A model generated the notes under the pieces. It searched no databases. It was not told where the DNA came from and saw nothing but the letters and a program-made list of their open reading frames with translations. Below are positions 46,333 through 53,155 of a stretch of DNA of 53,155 nucleotides, piece after piece. Both the position numbers and the translations under genes were made by a program. Position 1 is the first letter of the stretch; every line of letters starts with the position of its first letter. Source of the DNA: a virus (taxonomy: Duplodnaviria > Caudoviricetes); the IMG/VR virus record IMGVR_UViG_3300038797_000097, positions 1 through 53,155 of that record; one strand, written 5' to 3'.

Positions 46333-47793
46333 CTAAAGCAATAAGTTTATAAGATATCTCAATTTTTTATTAATTAATGAAACCTCCTCATGGAATAAAA
46401 CGGGATTTTCATTATGTTCTAAATTTTTCAATCTACCTTCAACTTCTATTAGATTATCTAGGATAAAAATAGTATCTTTTTCCTTTATATCAACTATATA
46501 TGGCAATAAAAGAAGTTTGGGAGACTCATTACTATTAAAATTAAGAATTTGATCATTGATAATCGTAATTTTATTATTTATTTTATATTTTTGTTTTTCA
46601 ATTTTTTCATTTCGAACCTGAATAGTATAATTCTTTAAAGTTGAAAGTAAAGATTCATCTTCTAATGGGTTAGAAAGAGTCTCTAATTTATTACTATGGG
46701 TTATGGCATATTCATTTAGTAAATTAACATTCTTTTCTAAAGAACTAATTTCTTTATTTAATGTAAAGTTGTCAGTTTTTAACGTAACTTGATCATTTAA
46801 TGCAAGTTTCTGTTTAACATCTATATATGATTCATCTTTAACATCTACTTTTAAAAAGTTTTTTGAATTATCTAAAAATTTATATATACCAAAAATATTA
46901 AAATTTTTAATATCAGCCTCATTATATATTTCTTGTTTTAATTCATATCTTGCGCCAAGTGTTTTTTTACCTTCTGATTGGATGATATTCAACCAATCTT
47001 CTTTTGAATCATCACTTATAAAAATAATATTTTCAATATTACTATCTTTGGAGAAATCTATAAGTTGTTTAAATACAATTAAATCACCAAATTTAGACTT
47101 GTACTCCAACCCATTAAAGAAGAAAGTTTCTTCATCTTTATTGGCATCCTTATAGCCAGGAGGGATATTGTTTTGATATCTGGTTTCACCTTCTTTATAA
47201 AGTAAAGATAAATCGTCTTGTTTTGTAAAAATATTAACTCCAGTCTTAGGGCCAGAAAAAAACTTATCTAATTCATCTCGTATCTTGTCGTGAGAATTTA
47301 CATGTAATTTCTCTTTCTCATGTTTATTTATTATTTTTTTTATTAGATTAATCTTGCTTTTTAAGTTGTTATTTATTTCTTTTAAATCTATCTCTATTTC
47401 TGAAATAGTAGCATTTAACTCAGAATCTAGATCAGGAAAATTTTTTGCAGTAGAGTATTCACTTTTAATACTAGTGAAAAGATTCTTTTTAAAATCAATC
47501 ACTGAAGCTAAATCATCTACAGATTTATTAATCCCTTCAAAAAACTTTCTTCTCTTTATTATTACACTAATTCTATTTCGTTGATATTCAAGAGCAACAT
47601 GGTAAGGAATCCAGATGCGATCTTCTATGCGTTTTAAAACAGCAAAAAAATCTTTTCTGGTCTGTTCATTAAATGAATAAAGATTTAATAGTACATTAGT
47701 ATCAAAAACAAATCTTGTGTTAGGGCTTTCCCAGATATTTTTTATTCCATCCGAATTAGAATTATCATAAAAGCACGAAAATTGATCTTTCAT
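46333..47793 (-). CDS. PIN-domain protein (PIN_8-like) with coiled-coil insertions
   Basis: FVFDTNVLLNLY; WIPYHVALEY; PPGYKD; GDL; FISDD.KEDW. Confidence 0.82.
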   Translation of the reverse strand: MKDQFSCFYDNSNSDGIKNIWESPNTRFVFDTNVLLNLYSFNEQTRKDFFAVLKRIEDRIWIPYHVALEYQRNRISVIIKRRKFFEGINKSVDDLASVIDFKKNLFTSIKSEYSTAKNFPDLDSELNATISEIEIDLKEINNNLKSKINLIKKIINKHEKEKLHVNSHDKIRDELDKFFSGPKTGVNIFTKQDDLSLLYKEGETRYQNNIPPGYKDANKDEETFFFNGLEYKSKFGDLIVFKQLIDFSKDSNIENIIFISDDSKEDWLNIIQSEGKKTLGARYELKQEIYNEADIKNFNIFGIYKFLDNSKNFLKVDVKDESYIDVKQKLALNDQVTLKTDNFTLNKEISSLEKNVNLLNEYAITHSNKLETLSNPLEDESLLSTLKNYTIQVRNEKIEKQKYKINNKITIINDQILNFNSNESPKLLLLPYIVDIKEKDTIFILDNLIEVEGRLKNLEHNENPVLFHEEVSLINKKLRYLINLLL

Positions 47794-47915
47794 TCTGTTT
47801 TTTAAAGTAGAAATACATAATCTAGAATAAAACTATATTAATTGAAAGTTTTTTTGAATTCAATGAATGGCTTTAATTTGGGTGGTTATAAAAAATAAGT
47901 AGAGTAATCAGAATT

Positions 47916-48542
47916 TTACTTATGGATTTTTACACAGTAATCCGCAGTAAATTCACCGATCCGCATTTCAAAGAAAAATTGATCAGCATCTTCTTTTTTA
48001 CATTTCAACCAGTCTTCTCGATACTCTTCTGGAATAACGATAATTGACCTTTTCTCATCTTCTGGCTTGTGAAACTGTGACATAAAAGGGTGATTGTCTG
48101 CATTGATAGTGAGCATTGACATAGATCTTACATGCTGCCCATCGATCACAGTTGAATCGTAAATTGCAGCTACTGTAAAAGGTAGGCCATCTTCGCGGTA
48201 TATTCCCCAGCGTTCCGCTTTGCCATTCACATATCGTGGTTCATAGATCTTTTCTACAGGTATTAAAGCAAACTGACTTTTAGCCCACGCGTGTCTAAAG
48301 CTCGGTTTTTTATCTACAGTCTCAGTTCTAGCGTTGTAAGTATATTTTGAAAATTTAAAATCATGTTGCCACGGTGGAATCATACCGAACTTTACTTGCC
48401 GCCATTCGATATGGCCATCTTTAGTAAATATAAGAGGGCAGTCATAACCCGGATAAACATCATCTTTATAGTCGAAGGTTGGTTCGAATAGATCTAAGAG
48501 GTGCACTCGTTCTTTTAAAATTGGTTCATAGTTTGCGCACAT
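47916..48542 (-). CDS. SOS response-associated peptidase (SRAP / YedK / HMCES family)
   Basis: N-terminal MC; YNARTET...KPSF; YE; FHKP..EKRS motifs. Confidence 0.9.
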   Translation of the reverse strand: MCANYEPILKERVHLLDLFEPTFDYKDDVYPGYDCPLIFTKDGHIEWRQVKFGMIPPWQHDFKFSKYTYNARTETVDKKPSFRHAWAKSQFALIPVEKIYEPRYVNGKAERWGIYREDGLPFTVAAIYDSTVIDGQHVRSMSMLTINADNHPFMSQFHKPEDEKRSIIVIPEEYREDWLKCKKEDADQFFFEMRIGEFTADYCVKIHK

Positions 48543-48657
48543 AACTTAATATTCTTAAGAATTTATACTAAATTTAAACCTTAAACTTTAGAAAAAATAT
48601 ATCGTATTAGTAATTCATTTTAACTAAGCAAATTATTCATTAACAAAAGAGGGCAAT

Positions 48658-49464
48658 ATGGAAGAACTATTTAAATATTTAAAAGGATTCTATGAAAAAA
48701 AATCTATTCCATTTTCTTGTCCAAATTGCAAAAAAAACTCACTTTTTCTAAAAGAGAATAGTTGGTTTGAACACGACAATTCAGAAAAATATTACAGTGA
48801 GGAGTGGTATGATGCGGAGTTTAATGGACAAATTATATATACAGCTATTTTTGAATGCGTTAATTCACAATGTTTAAGTAACGTTATTAGCTCTGGAATA
48901 GGAAAGGTTGAGTTTGTACAAGAACTTGATGAAGATGGATATCCAACTAGTTCTGGTAAATACATTACAAAATACATTCCTCAATATTTTAATCCTCCCG
49001 TTAATTTTTTTGATGTTCCTGAAAATATCCCAAATGAGGTAAATTGTGCTTTAATTTCGGCTTTTAAACTCCTTCCCCAATCTCCCAGTGCTGCAGCCAA
49101 TAGAACGCGTTCTGCAGTTGAACGTATTCTGGATGATTTTGATATTGAGCCTCATAATAATCTTAATACAAGACTTGGAAAATATGTTCCGAACTCAGAT
49201 AGATTAAAGAACTACACTGACAACTTTCATGCATTAAGGATACTGGGGAATAGTGGTAGTCATGAAGAGGATGCAATAAAATTAAAGGATATGAATGATG
49301 CTTTTGAAATTATACAAGATCTTTTAAAGCATCTTTATTCAGAAGAGAAGGCAACTTTGACACTAAAAATTCGGGCAATTAAAGATGCAAATAGACCTTT
49401 AAGTTATAAACAAAGAATGGAGCTAAATAAATTAATTGCTAGGATGGAAAAACAAAAAAGCTGA
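48658..49464 (+). CDS. Zn-finger plus DUF4145 (HEPN-like) protein
   Basis: CPNC...C....C; AAAN..R..VE; LRILGNSGSH. Confidence 0.8.
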   Translation: MEELFKYLKGFYEKKSIPFSCPNCKKNSLFLKENSWFEHDNSEKYYSEEWYDAEFNGQIIYTAIFECVNSQCLSNVISSGIGKVEFVQELDEDGYPTSSGKYITKYIPQYFNPPVNFFDVPENIPNEVNCALISAFKLLPQSPSAAANRTRSAVERILDDFDIEPHNNLNTRLGKYVPNSDRLKNYTDNFHALRILGNSGSHEEDAIKLKDMNDAFEIIQDLLKHLYSEEKATLTLKIRAIKDANRPLSYKQRMELNKLIARMEKQKS

Positions 49465-49528
49465 ATCTAATGATCAAATTTAATTGCAAATAAATTCTAC
49501 TTCTATTTAACATTATTATATTAAAAAG

Positions 49529-49557
49529 TTCAGAGGACTAAAGTTGAGTCCTCTGAA
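49529..49557. terminator. Inverted repeat between convergent DUF4145 gene and int
   Basis: TTCAGAGGACT-aaagttg-AGTCCTCTGAA. Confidence 0.65.
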
Positions 49558-49560
49558 TAC

Positions 49561-50574
49561 TTAAGCTGCGCTCAGCATCTTAGCAATTTCAGATGCAGTA
49601 GGGTTGTAGTAAGTATTTACTAAAACACTAATCGTTTTATGGCCAGTAATTTTTGCTAGGATCTCTACTGGTAAACGGTAGTCATGAACAAAACGGGTAA
49701 TAGCTTCATGGCGTGTGTCGTGGAACGTAATAACACCATCTAAGCCAACTCTGCGTAAGTTACGTTGCCATATTAATCGGAAGGCATTAGATGTGAGTGG
49801 AACCATGCGATTATCGTCAGAATCATCAGGTAACCAAGAAAGTAACTCTTTTGCCTTGGCAGTTAATGGGACATCTCGAGTAGTACCATTCTTAGTGTCT
49901 AACAGGCGAATGAAATCAGGAAAGATTAATGATTTCTCTACGCTAAGTATTTCACCTTTGCGCATTGCCGTTTCAAGTGCAAATAGAAATGACCAGCCCA
50001 CTCGATGTCTTGGCTGAGTAGGTACTTTTCCCCATTTATAATCAAGCCCAGCTAAAACAGCATCTATATAGTTTTGGTAAATCCTTTGATTACGTGGAGG
50101 AGGGGCAGTAGGTTTTGAGATTTCTTTGAATGGATTTTCTTTCGTTAAGAATAGCTCTTTCCGAGCAAAGTCAAAAACTGAACTATACATGGCCATTTCT
50201 CGAATGACTGTTGCACCTTTAACTTGCTTTAAACGTTTGTCACGCCATTGTTTAACTAATGCTGGTGTTAGGTCGTGAATTGATTCATCTGCTAATTTCC
50301 CCCAATTTTTCTTTAGGCATTTAAGCATTTGAACAATTAAGCGGGCACTCTTCATTTTTCTGCCTTCTTCTTGATAGTACTGTTCAAAAAGGGCATAGAA
50401 GGAGATATGGATTTTTTCAGGCTCAGGGTTAGCCTGTTGAGATTGTAATTCTAATAATTTTTTTGCGGCCCATTGTTCACATTCACTCGCAGTATCTCGA
50501 GTAGCTGTGTAACGTTTTCCTAAGTAACGAACAGTGATGCGCCACGCGTCCCCGCGCTTAACCGGCTTTTGCAT
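49561..50574 (-). CDS. int: Tyrosine integrase (start re-called at MQKPV)
   Basis: TAMRKGE (R), TKNG (K), FHDTRH (HxxR), TGH, YY catalytic residues; GGAG RBS; adjacent to att. Confidence 0.95.
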   Translation of the reverse strand: MQKPVKRGDAWRITVRYLGKRYTATRDTASECEQWAAKKLLELQSQQANPEPEKIHISFYALFEQYYQEEGRKMKSARLIVQMLKCLKKNWGKLADESIHDLTPALVKQWRDKRLKQVKGATVIREMAMYSSVFDFARKELFLTKENPFKEISKPTAPPPRNQRIYQNYIDAVLAGLDYKWGKVPTQPRHRVGWSFLFALETAMRKGEILSVEKSLIFPDFIRLLDTKNGTTRDVPLTAKAKELLSWLPDDSDDNRMVPLTSNAFRLIWQRNLRRVGLDGVITFHDTRHEAITRFVHDYRLPVEILAKITGHKTISVLVNTYYNPTASEIAKMLSAA

Positions 50575-50593
50575 AATAACACTCCAAATTTCG

Positions 50594-50655
50594 TGGTGTC
50601 GCCGCGACACCAAAATTCGCGAATGCCTAAAAGACATCCACTTTTTTGGTGTCGC
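50594..50655. promoter_or_regulatory. Probable integrase arm-type sites
   Basis: TGGTGTCGC (50594), inverted GCGACACCA (50604), TGGTGTCGC (50647). Confidence 0.65.
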
Positions 50656-50727
50656 AACGGAAATATAAAGCGTTTTTTAATGCGAATTTTGACTATTTTG
50701 AGTAGTCAAAGCTGACCGATCGACAAT

Positions 50728-50766
50728 AAAAAACAGGCCACATAACTCGTTAAAGTTATGCAGCCT
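50728..50766 (-). terminator. Phage-supplied terminator downstream of tRNA-Gly
   Basis: Minus strand AGGCTGCATAACT-ttaacg-AGTTATGTGGCCT-GTTTTTT. Confidence 0.7.
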
Positions 50767-50788
50767 ATTGATTTTAATACATAAAATC

Positions 50789-50865
<77 letters not shown>

Positions 50866-50876
50866 AATGTGAGCAC

Positions 50877-50904
50877 ATTATAGAGTGTTTCACTAAAGTG
50901 TCAA
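50877..50904 (-). promoter_or_regulatory. tRNA promoter
   Basis: TTGACA-16 bp-TATAAT on the minus strand. Confidence 0.8.
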
Positions 50905-50928
50905 CACTCTTGTGATTTAATTGAACAT

Positions 50929-52350
50929 TTAATCAGCACGACGCCAAACTGTACCTTGACGCGTATCTTCTAATACAACACCTTGGTCGAGCAAAGACTG
51001 ACGAATACCGTCTGCTTTAGCAAAGTCTTTTGCTTTTTTCGCATCAACACGTTGTTGAATAAAATCTTCAATTTCAGCATCAGACAAAGCAAGAGCTTCT
51101 TGTCCAATATCTGATTTTAAGAAAGCATCTACATCGTGTTGAACCAAACCTAAAATGTTGGTGAGGTGACGTAACGTTGAATAAAGCACAGCAGCTTGGT
51201 CAGCTTGCTCTTCTTTTACAGCACGGTTTAACTCTTTGTTCAGTTCAAACAATACCGCCATTGCTTCGGCTGTGTTGAAGTCATCACACATTGCATTGTT
51301 AAAACGTTCAATAAAGCTTTGATCAAGCGTTTCAGTTGTCGTTTGACCGTAAACTTGTTGATAAGCTTTAAATGAATGATAGAAGCGAGTTAAAGAAGTT
51401 TTTGCTTCTTTCAATGCCACATCAGAGAAGTTCACAGGACTACGATAATGTGAAGACACAATAAAGTAACGAATCACTTCAGGGTGGAATTTTTCCATCA
51501 CATCACGAATAGTAAAGAAGTTGCCTAAAGATTTAGACATCTTTTCACCATCAACATTAATGAAGCCAACATGCATCCAGTAGTTCACATATTGTTCACC
51601 AGTTGACGCTTCACTTTGCGCAATTTCATTTTCATGATGTGGGAACATTAAATCTGAACCACCACCATGAATATCAAAGTGGTTGCCTAGGCAGCAAGTC
51701 GACATTGCAGAACATTCAATGTGCCAACCCGGACGGCCATTACCCCAAGGAGATGCCCAAGATGGTTCATTTTCTTTGGCGTGTTTCCAAAGTACAAAGT
51801 CAAACGGATGTTTCTTTTCAACTTCTACGTCAACACGCTCACTTGCGCCTGCTTGCATATCATCAAGCTTACGGCCAGAGAGGCGACCATATTTTTCAAA
51901 TTTGGTAACTTCAAAATAAACATCGCCGTTTGAAGCAGGGTAAGCAGAACCTTTATTTACCAGATTGCCAATCATATTTTGCATCTGATCAATATATTCG
52001 GTCGCTTTAGGTGCTTCATCGGGTGCAGCACAGCCTAAATTGGCTGCATCTTCGTTCATTGCATCAATGAAACGAGTAGTGAGCTGCTGAATGGTTTCAC
52101 CATTTTCATTCGCACGTTTAATGATTTTGTCGTCAATGTCGGTAATGTTGCGAATATAGCGGACATTCCAGCCTTGACTACGCAAGAAACGGATAATGTA
52201 GTCAAATGCAACCATAACTCGAGCATGCCCGATATGACAGTAATCGTATACGGTCATACCGCAGACGTACATATCGATGTGACCTTCTTTGCGAGGTACA
52301 AATTCAACTTTTTTTCGTTGCTCAGAGTTATATAAAACAAACGGTTGCAT
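50929..52350 (-). CDS. cysS: Cysteine--tRNA ligase
   Basis: [13 protein letters not shown]; GRPGWHIEC; KMSKS; start re-called at MQPF. Confidence 0.98.
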   Translation of the reverse strand: MQPFVLYNSEQRKKVEFVPRKEGHIDMYVCGMTVYDYCHIGHARVMVAFDYIIRFLRSQGWNVRYIRNITDIDDKIIKRANENGETIQQLTTRFIDAMNEDAANLGCAAPDEAPKATEYIDQMQNMIGNLVNKGSAYPASNGDVYFEVTKFEKYGRLSGRKLDDMQAGASERVDVEVEKKHPFDFVLWKHAKENEPSWASPWGNGRPGWHIECSAMSTCCLGNHFDIHGGGSDLMFPHHENEIAQSEASTGEQYVNYWMHVGFINVDGEKMSKSLGNFFTIRDVMEKFHPEVIRYFIVSSHYRSPVNFSDVALKEAKTSLTRFYHSFKAYQQVYGQTTTETLDQSFIERFNNAMCDDFNTAEAMAVLFELNKELNRAVKEEQADQAAVLYSTLRHLTNILGLVQHDVDAFLKSDIGQEALALSDAEIEDFIQQRVDAKKAKDFAKADGIRQSLLDQGVVLEDTRQGTVWRRAD

Positions 52351-52495
52351 AAGGGTTTTCAAACACTCTAAAAAAATCGTTATCCATCATAACGTATACA
52401 CCATATTTCATAAAGTTATCAGTAAAAAAGATGCTGAGATAAGTATCGTTATTTGAAAAATGATTCGTTATAGGTGAAGATGCTGAAAGTTTTTA

Positions 52496-53155
52496 ATGAA
52501 TAAGAAAATTTATATGAATCATGCAAGTAACCCTTTTAAAAAAGCTGGTATTGCGCTCCTTACAATAGGTGTTCTAGATATTATTTTAATGATCTACTCG
52601 ATAATAAGTAAGATTAGTTACTCATCATCATTTAATATATTTGCTGTAATTGTTGGAGTTCTCCTTCTAAAAGGTAGTATAAAGACTGCACGATTAACAA
52701 GATGGTTCAGTTTATTCTTCTCTATTATATTGGTGGGAGGAGCTATTGGGATAATATTGATCATGCCTTTCGATTTATTAAAAATACAAATTAAACTCAA
52801 TATATTATCTGCGCTAATTACATTTTTTATTGTAGTGATATTTTTCTCATTATTTATATGGATCTATCGTCAACTTTCGACTCCAGAAGTGCTGAAATTA
52901 TTTACTGAAGCAGGGTATGCAACTACAAAGAGTTCAGCTTATTTCTTTGGTTCTGTTTTTTTGATATTTATGCTGGGAATGCTTACTATTGTAGGCAAAG
53001 AGTCAGAACAGAAGGCTAAAGAATTAGCTCGGCAACAACTTGGTTCCAATTTTCAATATTACGTTTCGAGCATGTCTTTGTCAGGGAAATCGGGTCAGGC
53101 AAATGTTATTGCGTATACAGATAAAGAAATTCGGCATATTCAGATAGATTGGTAA
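52496..53155 (+). CDS. Multi-pass membrane protein of unknown function
   Basis: About five hydrophobic helices plus a small C-terminal soluble part. Confidence 0.7.
   Translation: MNKKIYMNHASNPFKKAGIALLTIGVLDIILMIYSIISKISYSSSFNIFAVIVGVLLLKGSIKTARLTRWFSLFFSIILVGGAIGIILIMPFDLLKIQIKLNILSALITFFIVVIFFSLFIWIYRQLSTPEVLKLFTEAGYATTKSSAYFFGSVFLIFMLGMLTIVGKESEQKAKELARQQLGSNFQYYVSSMSLSGKSGQANVIAYTDKEIRHIQIDW

Noticed and set aside
47842-47863. Second UmuDAb-like box upstream of the PIN gene (TTGAA-N12-TTCAA)
   Set aside because: Spacing is one base longer, lacks the ATGTAAC core, and lies in very AT-rich DNA

Overview
Acinetobacter-like chromosomal segment. Most of it (5221-50840, about 45.6 kb) is an apparently intact temperate siphovirus-type prophage integrated in the 3' end of tRNA-Gly(GCC) next to cysS, with a 52-bp att direct repeat at both ends. 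It carries int and a probable xis, a Sak-like recombinase, a cI/cro switch with visible operators, a replication initiator with iterons, a Q-like antiterminator, terminase/portal/capsid genes, a tail with a -1 frameshifted chaperone, a GTA-like tail tip, an SGNH-esterase tailspike, holin and GH108 endolysin, and an SRAP/umuDC cassette. Many AT-rich cargo genes are interspersed: a two-motif HEPN protein, PIN, HNH, DUF4145, a secreted beta-helix protein and membrane proteins. Bases 1-5220 lie outside the att pair and look like an older, partly decayed accessory island. They hold the most unusual unit: promoter, 10-nt tandem-repeat small RNA with terminator, 22-aa peptide, then a DUF4760-like membrane protein. 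A DUF6978/DUF1828-like gene pair follows. All family names come from recognising motifs by eye; no database search was run.
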